A stretch of 45,348 nt of DNA, taken from contig JAFZVH010000042.1 in NCBI GenBank assembly GCA_017617915.1, positions 1-45,348 on the forward strand. Reading direction: 5' to 3'. A program made the translations under genes and the position numbers. How positions within the stretch are numbered: the stretch's first letter is position 1; the number at the start of each line of letters is the position of its first letter. This DNA is from Alphaproteobacteria bacterium. GTDB taxonomy: Bacteria > Pseudomonadota > Alphaproteobacteria > Rs-D84. The notes under the pieces were generated by a model, which worked only from the letters and a program-made list of their open reading frames with translations, made no database searches and was not told where the DNA came from. Below, piece by piece: positions 8,388 to 17,725 of the stretch.

Positions 8388-9431
8388 TTAGAAACGAACA
8401 TTGGCACGAACACCAACTTCCGCTTTGACATCGGTACCATTTTGAGAATTCTTGTGAGAATCATCAAATGTGTATTCACCAAACAAAGCGATTTGAACAC
8501 TGTCTGAAATTTGGTTTGCAACCGACGCAGACAAAATGTATTCGTTCCAACCATCGTGCATATTTTTTGTTTCGCTAAGCAACTTGTCAACAACCGCCTG
8601 TTGATGCGCCGCTGTTGCAGGCGCCTGTGGTGCGTTCAATTTAGTATGAATAGATTTTACACCATTATCGGTATGTTCAACAAATCTGAAACCGCCACCA
8701 AACGACCAATTATCGTTTATCTGATAGAAAGCATTTGTTCCAACAGTAATTTCCTTAGTCGATTTCAAATCAACAGAAATTTCATCTGGGAAACCAACCA
8801 TTCCAAATGTCAAAGGTCCTGCGACAGCAGCACTTTGGTCAATTTTGATTTTGTTGTTATGATTGCCAAATGTTTGCAGGTATTCTGCGAACAAAGACGC
8901 GGTGAACTTCGACCAAGTTTTACCAACTTTGGTTCCTAATACTGCGCCCCAACGACCATTAGAAAAGTTGTCGTATTTAAAATCAACATTACCATTTGTT
9001 AATGTTACAGAACCTTTCATCGGTGAAACGCCAGACAAGTACGCTTCGCCATAAACATCCCATGCAATATTATCCAATGTTTCAATCGCACGATAGTTCA
9101 AGCCTAAACGGCCACGATGCATACCTTTGCGGTCAATGTCATCATTTTGTGTCCAACCCAACAATACATATGTGCTTAAACGGTCTGTGATACCATAACC
9201 AAAGTCTTCGGTAAAACGCCACACTGGGAATTCTTCCGCCCCATCGTGATCTTTGATTTTCAATGCGTCCGTATGGTCCGCCTTTTTGTACATCACACCT
9301 GCGCCAGTTTTTGAAGCAAATTCACCGGCCTTTGGAATGAACAGTGGATTTTCCATATTTGTTGTAACCGCCGCCATCGCAGATGTTGCCATTGTTGCGG
9401 ATGCAACCGCTATACCTAAAAGTTTTTTCAT
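8388..9431 (-). CDS. Porin-like outer-membrane protein
   Basis: Signal peptide ending AMA; amphipathic beta-strands; C-terminal VGVRANVRF; SD AAGGA. Confidence 0.8.
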   Translation of the reverse strand: MKKLLGIAVASATMATSAMAAVTTNMENPLFIPKAGEFASKTGAGVMYKKADHTDALKIKDHDGAEEFPVWRFTEDFGYGITDRLSTYVLLGWTQNDDIDRKGMHRGRLGLNYRAIETLDNIAWDVYGEAYLSGVSPMKGSVTLTNGNVDFKYDNFSNGRWGAVLGTKVGKTWSKFTASLFAEYLQTFGNHNNKIKIDQSAAVAGPLTFGMVGFPDEISVDLKSTKEITVGTNAFYQINDNWSFGGGFRFVEHTDNGVKSIHTKLNAPQAPATAAHQQAVVDKLLSETKNMHDGWNEYILSASVANQISDSVQIALFGEYTFDDSHKNSQNGTDVKAEVGVRANVRF

Positions 9432-9468
9432 TTTTTTTCCTTATATTTTTATTTGTTGATTACCAACC

Positions 9469-9533
9469 CCCATTATTGGCAAGATTGGTGCCACATTCCC
9501 GACACCGCCCATTATTGGCAACAGTGCCACATT
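9469..9533 (-). repeat. Tandem duplicated stem-loop motif in the porin 5' leader
   Basis: cccattattggcaa-(5 or 2 nt)-gtgccacatt at 9469-9497 and 9508-9533. Confidence 0.8.
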
Positions 9534-9638
9534 GGGAATATAACCCTAGTATGATTGCGCAATATTGAAATAAAGTCAAAAACTTTATTGTACCTTGACT
9601 TTTTTGTTGTTTGGTCTATATATGCAAATGTGGATACG

Positions 9639-10154
9639 ATGAAACAGGAATTTAAAGAACAACTTACGCGCGCATATATGAATTTATTTGATGCGTTGGT
9701 GGATGTGTATATGGCAAGTAATTTGTCAATGGGTCAGTCTTTGTATTTTGCAACCGGCATTATGCGTACCATATTGTCTGATTTGCCACGGTCGCCCGCA
9801 AGTGAATATTTGATTGCCCTGTTCAACACACATAAAACAACAGTTGCAAAAAAATCTATGCTGATGCCTGATGCGCCGACCACACTGGATGGAACGGTTG
9901 TTATGCCAAATAAAGTACGCAAAGTCGAAGCCACACTTAGCAATCTTGCGGCAGAAATAGACAAGCTCGATATGCTAATGTTGGTACAAAATTTCAAAAT
10001 GCCGGAACTGCCACCATTGCCAGAGATTGTTATTCAAAACGACATACGTAAAAGCAAACCAGTGTATCATCCACAAGTGAAACAAATTGTTACTGCGCCG
10101 GCCGCATTTATCAAAAACTATAACCTGCGCAATGCACGCCGCAGAAACAGATAA
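9639..10154 (+). CDS. Hypothetical protein
   Basis: Fills the gap divergent from the porin; ATG 9639 chosen; no recognisable motif; basic C-terminus. Confidence 0.6.
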   Translation: MKQEFKEQLTRAYMNLFDALVDVYMASNLSMGQSLYFATGIMRTILSDLPRSPASEYLIALFNTHKTTVAKKSMLMPDAPTTLDGTVVMPNKVRKVEATLSNLAAEIDKLDMLMLVQNFKMPELPPLPEIVIQNDIRKSKPVYHPQVKQIVTAPAAFIKNYNLRNARRRNR

Positions 10155-10173
10155 CAATTCGATATCAACCAGT

Positions 10174-12162
10174 TTACCACAAATGAACACGTTTTTCAGG
10201 CGCAACATACATTTTGTTGTCTGGCTTTACACCAAACGCATCGTACCATGCATCGATATGAGGCAAGATTCCATTTACACGATTGCGATTCAATGAATGC
10301 TCGTTCGTTTTTGTTTGTGTGATTTCTTGTTCGGGTCTGATATTACCCGCCCATGCGCCCGCATACGCCAAGAAAAACCGCATATCTGGCGTGAATCCGG
10401 CAACTGTATCTGATCCTTTGCCAAAATTTTTGTATGCTGTATATGATATTGTTACGCCGCCATAATCCGCTAAATTTTCGCCAAGTGTAAATGTACCATT
10501 TGCGTGAATTTCAGGTGCAATTAAAATCTTGTCGAAAAAGTTTTTCATAACATCTGCGCGCTTTTCAAATTCGGACGCATCCGATTTTGTCCACCAATCG
10601 CGCATATTTCCATCCTTGTCAAAATGCCGCCCAGAATCATCGAAACCATGCGTCATTTCGTGCCCAATAATCGCACCAATCGCGCCATAGTTAAACACAT
10701 CGTCGGCATCCATATCAAAGAACGGATATTGTAAAATGCCTGCGGGAAAGCAAATCTCGTTCGTCGATGGATCATAATACGCGTTGATTTCGTGCGCATT
10801 CATATACCACAGGCTAGAGTCTTTTTCTTTACCGATTTTGTTCAACCAAAATTCATCTTCGAACTTTGCAACGCTCAACATATTTTCAAACAAACTTTCG
10901 TTTGCATCGATTGTCAGTTTTGAATAGTCACGCCATTTATCGGGATAACCAATTTTCGCCTTGAACGCATTTAATTTTTCGATCGCCTGCGCGCGCGTTT
11001 CGTCCGACATCCAATCAAGTTTTTCAATACGCAATGCATACGCGCGTCGCAAGTTTTCAACCAATTCCTGCATACGCTTTTTAGCGGCCGCCGGAAAATA
11101 TTTTTTGACATACAGCCGTCCAATTTCTTCACCCAACGTGTTATCCAACATTCCAACCGCGCGTTTCCACCGCGGCTTTTGTTCTTTCTGACCGGACATA
11201 GTCCGATTGAAAAAGTTGAATGCCGTTTCATATGTCGCATCATCCAAAAAAGTTTGCGCGCCCAAAATCACACGATATTTCAGGTAAGATTTTAATAAAT
11301 CTAAATCTGTATCATTTATGATTTTGATGGATTCTGTAATCGCAGATGGTTGAGCAACATTCAGATATTCTGCGGCATTTGCACCGCGGGCATTCAAATA
11401 TTTTTTCCAATCAAAGCCTGCAAATTTGTTTGCAAAATCATCGCGCGACATTTTGTGATAATTCGCATGTGGATCACGCAACTGTTCTTTGGTAAAGAAA
11501 GATTTTGCCATTCTTTCCTCTAGTGCATAGATTTTTTTTGCATCCGCGTTCACACCAAAATTCTTTAATTGCGCCGCGATAAATTCTACATATTTTTTGC
11601 GAATTTCGCGTGTGTGCGTATCATTATCAACATAATAATCACGCGACAGGCCAATGCCACCTTGGGTTATATTATACAGGTAATGTTCGCTGTCTTGTTC
11701 ATCCAGCGCAACCGCGTCACCCCAAAAGGACGAGAAAAACGCGTGATTCCGCCCCAGATATTCGGGCAATTCAAATTTGTTTTGAATTGCATCTATTTCA
11801 TCAAAATATTTTTTGACAGGTTTGGTTTTGTCTGCATTTAATTTCTGGTCATCCATCGCAATTTTATACAGTGTGCCGATTTTACCAGTGTCTGATTCTG
11901 CAATTTCGCGGACGCGCGCAATATTCGTTTCGTTCAAAATTTCAAATGCACCATAGCGTGTATAATCGTCAGGAATCGGATGCGATTTGCGCCACCCCAG
12001 CGTTGCATAATCAAAAAAATCATCCGCCGGATTTACGGTCATATCCATATTTTCCTGTTTTATACCTGTGTGCATTGTTTTACTCCTTTTATAATTCGTG
12101 ACCAAAAGTATGGACACAACAACACAAATAATTCCCAAAACATTTAAAACAATATGCTTCAT
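10174..12162 (-). CDS. M13-family (neprilysin/PepO-like) zinc metallopeptidase
   Basis: PADDFF, KIGYPD, NAYY, HEMTHGFD, GENLAD motifs. Confidence 0.95.
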   Translation of the reverse strand: MKHIVLNVLGIICVVVSILLVTNYKRSKTMHTGIKQENMDMTVNPADDFFDYATLGWRKSHPIPDDYTRYGAFEILNETNIARVREIAESDTGKIGTLYKIAMDDQKLNADKTKPVKKYFDEIDAIQNKFELPEYLGRNHAFFSSFWGDAVALDEQDSEHYLYNITQGGIGLSRDYYVDNDTHTREIRKKYVEFIAAQLKNFGVNADAKKIYALEERMAKSFFTKEQLRDPHANYHKMSRDDFANKFAGFDWKKYLNARGANAAEYLNVAQPSAITESIKIINDTDLDLLKSYLKYRVILGAQTFLDDATYETAFNFFNRTMSGQKEQKPRWKRAVGMLDNTLGEEIGRLYVKKYFPAAAKKRMQELVENLRRAYALRIEKLDWMSDETRAQAIEKLNAFKAKIGYPDKWRDYSKLTIDANESLFENMLSVAKFEDEFWLNKIGKEKDSSLWYMNAHEINAYYDPSTNEICFPAGILQYPFFDMDADDVFNYGAIGAIIGHEMTHGFDDSGRHFDKDGNMRDWWTKSDASEFEKRADVMKNFFDKILIAPEIHANGTFTLGENLADYGGVTISYTAYKNFGKGSDTVAGFTPDMRFFLAYAGAWAGNIRPEQEITQTKTNEHSLNRNRVNGILPHIDAWYDAFGVKPDNKMYVAPEKRVHLW

Positions 12163-12163
12163 T

Positions 12164-13219
12164 TTACTTTACCAACTTTGTTATCAAATCGTCTAATACC
12201 AACATTCCTTTTGCCGTTGCCGCCAATCGGTCGCCGTTAAACGATAGCATATCTGGACAAGATTTTGCAAATTCTAAATTTATAATATTTTTAACATGTT
12301 CATCCAATTTCACCCCGCGCACAGTTCGCAGACCTGTTATAACGCGTTCAATCGCGCGGTCAGCATCTGACATAGGCTCAAACTGTTTATTGCCGCCAAG
12401 TTGTTCATACCAAACACCATTCAACAACACGCGCCCCGCCGCACCTGTACCGATGCCTATGTATGGTTCGCCGTCCCAAACATTTTGATTATGCCGGCAT
12501 TCTTGACCGGGCACGGCATAGTTTGAAACTTCGTACCGCGGCAAACACAAGTTGTCATTTATAGCATTATACATATCTGCCATAGTTTCATTATCCGGCA
12601 TTTCTGGATTGGATTGTCCAAGTGGTGTATTCGGTTCAATTGTCAATTCGTACATAGAACAGTGCGACAAACCAATAGAATTTATTTCTTGGCAAGTTTT
12701 AATTACCGCCGCAACTGTTTCATTTGGCAAACCATATATAAAATCTGCACTGACGCGCAAGCCATGCCGCAATGCGCCATCCAGTGTTCGCCGTGCATCA
12801 TCGGCGGAATGGATGCGTCCAAGAAATTTTAATTTTTCGTCATCGAATGATTGTACGCCAATGGAAATTCTGTTCATGCCGATTTTGGCAAATTCTGAAA
12901 TTTTATTATCGTCAATTGTTTTCGGATTTGCTTCGATAGTGATTTCGGCATCTGGCGCAAGATTTAAATTTTTTCTTATTTCAGTTAGAATCGAATCAAA
13001 AACTTTTGTGGGCATAAGTGACGGCGTTCCGCCACCAAAAAATATTGTAGGGACAGAAATTTTTCCAAGCTGACGGCTGAATAATCTAATTTCTTGGTTT
13101 ATGTTCGATACATATTGGTCCCAATCTGGCGCACTGCATGCGCGGGAAAAAAACGCGCAATACCGACACTTCGCGACACAGAAAGGAACATGAATGTAAA
13201 TATTATGTGCTTTGTTCAT
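12164..13219 (-). CDS. hemW: Radical SAM heme chaperone HemW (HemN-like)
   Basis: YIHVPFCxxxCxYC, GGGTPS, YEVSNY, HNxxxW motifs. Confidence 0.9.
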   Translation of the reverse strand: MNKAHNIYIHVPFCVAKCRYCAFFSRACSAPDWDQYVSNINQEIRLFSRQLGKISVPTIFFGGGTPSLMPTKVFDSILTEIRKNLNLAPDAEITIEANPKTIDDNKISEFAKIGMNRISIGVQSFDDEKLKFLGRIHSADDARRTLDGALRHGLRVSADFIYGLPNETVAAVIKTCQEINSIGLSHCSMYELTIEPNTPLGQSNPEMPDNETMADMYNAINDNLCLPRYEVSNYAVPGQECRHNQNVWDGEPYIGIGTGAAGRVLLNGVWYEQLGGNKQFEPMSDADRAIERVITGLRTVRGVKLDEHVKNIINLEFAKSCPDMLSFNGDRLAATAKGMLVLDDLITKLVK

Positions 13220-13312
13220 ATCGGATTCATATTACAACCTAAACAAAATCACGCAAGTTATAAATTGCTTTTTCTGGAACCAATTTTGTGATATAATATA
13301 ACAAGATAAGGA

Positions 13313-14824
13313 ATGAGAAAGGAACTAATTGCTTTTTTACCGGCGATGGTTTTGCCCTTTGCTGCGCTTGCTGCAAACGAAGGGGTGCCTGTGTATTATC
13401 AACAGACGGCACCCGCAAATGCTAACCAAGTTGGGTATGGTCAGTATGCAAATCAAGGTTATACCAAGTATGTTGGCACATCGGGCAGCAAACAAATTGT
13501 TGGTTCACGTGTGACCACGTATACAGTGGAACGCCCAAAAGTTCAAAATAATTACATATATAATAACTATGCGGCATCTTCGGGGATGACGGTAAACGGC
13601 GTCGCACTGACCCCAGATATGGATTATAAAACCAGTATGTATGCCGGCTATTCGCGCAGGTTTGCGAATTTCGACTTCAAGACAGGTGTGAATTCTATCT
13701 TGAAATGGGACGATATGATTTTTGACGAGATAAATGTTGGCGCACGTCATACTTTTTCGATGAAGAATCTTGATTTGTTCGCGTTTGGTGAATATACGTA
13801 TGGAAAAATGTCAAGTGGCGGTCTGTCAATGGACTATGATTTAGAGCCTTATGATTGGGCGGCGCCAGACCAAGGAATTTTCACAATATCTGTTGGTGAC
13901 CAAACTGGCAAGAGTCAACATTTGCGTCTTGGCATTGGTGCGCGCAACGTATGGGATATAGCGGGTTGGAAACTGTCGCCGGTTTTTGGTTATGAAATAT
14001 TCAAGCACGATTTAAAAATGTCTGATCACCTGTATCCGAACCAAGGCATATACTTGCCGTTGATGACGAATATGGGCGAATATGTCTATGGTGACGAGCA
14101 AGGATATTATTATTCTTTGCCAATTGACGCGGTTCCGCCAGATACTTGGTATCAAGTTTGTATGGGCCCCGAAGATATCAAGGTCGTCGTACAAAGTGGT
14201 TCAACCAGTGGTGCGGTAACGGCATTGGGGACTGCTTTGACAACAACCGATTACACATCTTCTATGGGTGATGTGCCATGGGGCGTGTACCAAGGCGAAT
14301 GCGTTATCATTGGTGGCGATGGCCCGATTAAGGTCGGCGGCGTGACGCATATATACAACACGACTTGGAGTGGTTTCTATATTGGATTAGAGGTTGAAAA
14401 GCAAATGACCTTGTCCGACAAATTGCGCTTTTATTTCCAGGTCAGTTTGCCGAAGTATTCATCCGAAGGCATTTGGCCGAACAGAACAGATTGGCAGCAA
14501 TCGCCAAGTTTCTTGGACGAGGGCAGCAATGGCGCCTATGCTTACGAGGCCGAAATGGAATACAATATGCGTTTGTCTGAGCGGCTGCAGCTGGCAATCA
14601 AAGTTGACACGAACAAATTCCATGTTGGCAATATTCCTGGAAAATTATATGTTGCGCAATATACAGAATTTGTTGTAGATGAAAACGGTCAGTATGTTTT
14701 AGATGACAACGGTTTACCATATCTTGAAACTGTGCCCGCACATACAGAACATATCAGCAATTCATTAAAGAATGCGAACTGGCAATCATTTGGTTTGCAT
14801 CTGGGGCTAAAGTTTGCTTTCTAA
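13313..14824 (+). CDS. Outer-membrane beta-barrel protein, possibly omptin-like fold, with a Q/Y/N-rich N-terminus
   Basis: Signal peptide; SILKWDD and SMDYD recall omptin SxLxW and DxD; C-terminal LGLKFAF. Confidence 0.7.
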   Translation: MRKELIAFLPAMVLPFAALAANEGVPVYYQQTAPANANQVGYGQYANQGYTKYVGTSGSKQIVGSRVTTYTVERPKVQNNYIYNNYAASSGMTVNGVALTPDMDYKTSMYAGYSRRFANFDFKTGVNSILKWDDMIFDEINVGARHTFSMKNLDLFAFGEYTYGKMSSGGLSMDYDLEPYDWAAPDQGIFTISVGDQTGKSQHLRLGIGARNVWDIAGWKLSPVFGYEIFKHDLKMSDHLYPNQGIYLPLMTNMGEYVYGDEQGYYYSLPIDAVPPDTWYQVCMGPEDIKVVVQSGSTSGAVTALGTALTTTDYTSSMGDVPWGVYQGECVIIGGDGPIKVGGVTHIYNTTWSGFYIGLEVEKQMTLSDKLRFYFQVSLPKYSSEGIWPNRTDWQQSPSFLDEGSNGAYAYEAEMEYNMRLSERLQLAIKVDTNKFHVGNIPGKLYVAQYTEFVVDENGQYVLDDNGLPYLETVPAHTEHISNSLKNANWQSFGLHLGLKFAF

Positions 14825-14842
14825 GTTTTTTTGGGGGACATT

Positions 14843-15880
14843 ATGCATAGTGCGGTAAAATTTTTTCCGCTTTTGACAGTATTGTTTTGTGGTACGGTGG
14901 TGGCCGATACAGGTGTGTTTGACACAGCGCGCTGGGATGCGATTGTGTCGGGTGTTCGGACGCGTGCGGCGACGGAAAAGGTGTCGGATGCAACGATTGA
15001 CGCGACGCTTCGTTCGCCTGCATTTGTACCGTCAATCGTAAAAAACGACAAAAACCAATCAGAATTCAAATTGACACTGGACGAATATTTGGCGCGGACG
15101 GTGAATGCAGACAGAATTGCAACCGGTCGCAAGATGCACGCAAAATACCCAACAATGTTGTCGCGGGTGGACGCGCGCTATGGTGTGCCGCCGCATGTGT
15201 TGCTTGCCTTTTGGGGGATGGAATCGAACTATGGTGCAACTAAATCGCGGCATCGTTTGGTGGATGCGTTCTTTACACTAATGTATGACGGACGGCGTGA
15301 AACCTTTTTTGTGAACCAGTTGATTGCCTTGATGAAAATTGCAGACAAAAACGGACTGGATATAAATAAAATCCGCGGCAGTTGGGCGGGTGCAATGGGA
15401 CACTTTCAGTTTATACCAACGACACTGGCGCAATACGGCGCAGACGGCAATGGTGACGGCCATATTGATATTATTACCAGTATTGGCGACGCAATGGCCA
15501 GTGCGGGAAATTACCTGAATAAATTGGGCTGGGACAAAACGCAAAGAATTGCGCGTCGCGTCGTTTTACCTGCGAATTTTGATTTGGGCTTGCTGGACGG
15601 CAAGACGAAAAAGCCTTTGACCGAATGGGCGGAAATGGGCGTGACAAACCCAGACGGTACACCGATTCCAACTGGAAATATGGTTGCAGGCTTGGTCGCA
15701 GATGTCGCGAATATTCCCGCGCCAACGGCGCCAGATGAACAAAACCCTGATGCCGATATTCCGCCAATGCCGGTGGTCAGCGCATATTTAACATATCCAA
15801 ATTTTTATAGAATAAAGCAGTGGAATAATTCCAACTGGTACGCGATAGCAATTTCCGAATTGGCCGATAAATTGAAATAA
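14843..15880 (+). CDS. Lytic murein transglycosylase, MltB/SLT_2 family
   Basis: WGMESNYG catalytic Glu, GSWAGAMGHFQFIPTT, DGNGDG loop, NFYRIKQWN. Confidence 0.93.
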   Translation: MHSAVKFFPLLTVLFCGTVVADTGVFDTARWDAIVSGVRTRAATEKVSDATIDATLRSPAFVPSIVKNDKNQSEFKLTLDEYLARTVNADRIATGRKMHAKYPTMLSRVDARYGVPPHVLLAFWGMESNYGATKSRHRLVDAFFTLMYDGRRETFFVNQLIALMKIADKNGLDINKIRGSWAGAMGHFQFIPTTLAQYGADGNGDGHIDIITSIGDAMASAGNYLNKLGWDKTQRIARRVVLPANFDLGLLDGKTKKPLTEWAEMGVTNPDGTPIPTGNMVAGLVADVANIPAPTAPDEQNPDADIPPMPVVSAYLTYPNFYRIKQWNNSNWYAIAISELADKLK

Positions 15881-15946
15881 TAAAAATATTGCACTGAACC
15901 GTTTTGTTTGGTACCATTTGGGGGTAAAAACCAAGGATTTTATATT

Positions 15947-16900
15947 ATGGCCATAAAAGTTCGTGATTATGAAGTGCGCTTGACGCGGAACAAAGATGAA
16001 CGCCGTATGGTGCGCCAGTTGCGCTATGAGGTGTTCGTTGAAGAAGAAGGCGCGTCCGCAACCGAAGAACAACGCGCGTTGCGTGAAGAATATGATGACT
16101 ATGACAAAAATGCCGAATATATGGCGGTGTTCCACAATGGGAAAATCGTTGGAACCTATCGTATTATCGACAAAAAGGCCGCAGAAAAAATGGGCGGCTT
16201 TTACACCGAAACAGAATTTAATATTTCCAAAATTAAAAAGGCTTCTGATAACATCGCAGAAATGTCGCGCGCGTGCGTCGCTGCGGAATATCGTGAAAAC
16301 GCGCTGGTTATGCGTATGTTGTGGGCGGGTTTAAGTGAATATATATTGCGCCGGCGTGTCGCGGTCATGTTTGGTGTCGCGTCTTTTGTTGGGCAAAAAC
16401 CTGTGGAATCGGCTCAGGCAATCTCTTATCTATATTATAATCATTTGTCGCCGATGCGTTTGCGCGCACGCGTGATACCGGAAAACTTTGCGGACGGCGC
16501 TGACCCGCGTATGTCTAAAATGAATATTTTGCCGCGTGCATTTGTCGATGAAGAAATGGCAAAAAAGCAAATGACGCCACTTATCAAAGGTTATCTGCGC
16601 ATGGGGGCAAGTTTTGGTCAAGGTGTGTTTATCGACAAGCCTTTTAATACGTACGATGTGTTCGTGATGATGCAATCGAAAAATATGGATGCTGCATATC
16701 AAAAGCATTTCTATGGTCGCGAAAACGCACTGGAACATTTGGATGTAAAGCCGCATCCGATTCAGACATTGGGCAAGATTATGCTGTTGCCTATTACTGG
16801 GCCATTGAATATGTTGGGTGCGTTTTTTGAATTCTTGTTGCGCGAAGACGCCGCCGATGCAGAATTTATCGATGAACCAGAAACGCAAGAGGAACAATAA
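15947..16900 (+). CDS. olsB: Ornithine N-acyltransferase (GNAT fold)
   Basis: LRYEVFVEE, DDYD, VGTYR, EMSRACV...YR, PLIKGYLRMGA motifs; directly upstream of an acyltransferase. Confidence 0.82.
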   Translation: MAIKVRDYEVRLTRNKDERRMVRQLRYEVFVEEEGASATEEQRALREEYDDYDKNAEYMAVFHNGKIVGTYRIIDKKAAEKMGGFYTETEFNISKIKKASDNIAEMSRACVAAEYRENALVMRMLWAGLSEYILRRRVAVMFGVASFVGQKPVESAQAISYLYYNHLSPMRLRARVIPENFADGADPRMSKMNILPRAFVDEEMAKKQMTPLIKGYLRMGASFGQGVFIDKPFNTYDVFVMMQSKNMDAAYQKHFYGRENALEHLDVKPHPIQTLGKIMLLPITGPLNMLGAFFEFLLREDAADAEFIDEPETQEEQ

Positions 16901-16903
16901 AAT

Positions 16904-17722
16904 ATGTCACGCGTTAGAAAGCAAAACGTTTTTAATACTATCACTGGTGCGCTGCGCTTTGCGGCGTTCTGGTTCATGGTTGTGGTTCAGTTGCCGATTT
17001 TGGTTTTGTTGCCGCGTGGAAAGTGGTCTGTTAAATATATGCATGTGTTTATGCAGATTTTGCTGTGGCTGTCCAGTATCAAAATTGTAAAGCATGGAAC
17101 CATATCAAAAAAACGGCCGCTGTTGGTCGCAGGTAATCATATATCTGTGTTTGAAATTGCGACTTTCCCAGTAATGTTCGGGGGCAGTTTTATTTCGAAA
17201 AATGATGTGCGCCGTTGGCCGATAGTTGGCTTTGTCGCGAACAAGTTTGGCGTGGTGTTTGTTGACCGCCGTCCTTCGCACGCGGCCGAGGCCTTGGCCG
17301 AAGTGCAAAAAGCAATTTCTACGATTTCATATCCGCTGTATATTTTCCCCGAAGGCACAACAACCAATGGCGCGTATGTAAAAGAATTTAAAAGCAGCCT
17401 GTTCAATGTCGCCGAAGGCACCGATGTCACTGTGCAACCGGTTGTGACACAGTATTGCTATCACGACGGCACACCGATAACCGAAGAAGACTTGGCGGAA
17501 CACTATGCGTATTTTGATAATGCAAAGCAGGACCAAGGTCCACGCTGTTCACGTGAACGCAGCGCGTTTGGCCAGATTTTCCATGTAATGGTTTTGGGCG
17601 GCTTTACTGTCAATGTTTATATGTTGCCACCACCGCCAACGGGCGGTATGGACAGAAAACAAATTGCACAAACAATGCATCAAATAATTTCAGATAAATA
17701 TATGGAACTTAAAAGGCAATAA
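16904..17722 (+). CDS. olsA: Lyso-ornithine-lipid / 1-acyl-glycerol-3-phosphate acyltransferase (PlsC family)
   Basis: NHIS, FVDR, FPEGTT, FKSSLF motifs; olsB-olsA gene order. Confidence 0.75.
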   Translation: MSRVRKQNVFNTITGALRFAAFWFMVVVQLPILVLLPRGKWSVKYMHVFMQILLWLSSIKIVKHGTISKKRPLLVAGNHISVFEIATFPVMFGGSFISKNDVRRWPIVGFVANKFGVVFVDRRPSHAAEALAEVQKAISTISYPLYIFPEGTTTNGAYVKEFKSSLFNVAEGTDVTVQPVVTQYCYHDGTPITEEDLAEHYAYFDNAKQDQGPRCSRERSAFGQIFHVMVLGGFTVNVYMLPPPPTGGMDRKQIAQTMHQIISDKYMELKRQ

Positions 17723-17725
17723 ACT

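Noticed and set aside
9469-9533. CRISPR mini-array
   Set aside because: Only two units with a 10-nt gap, and no cas genes
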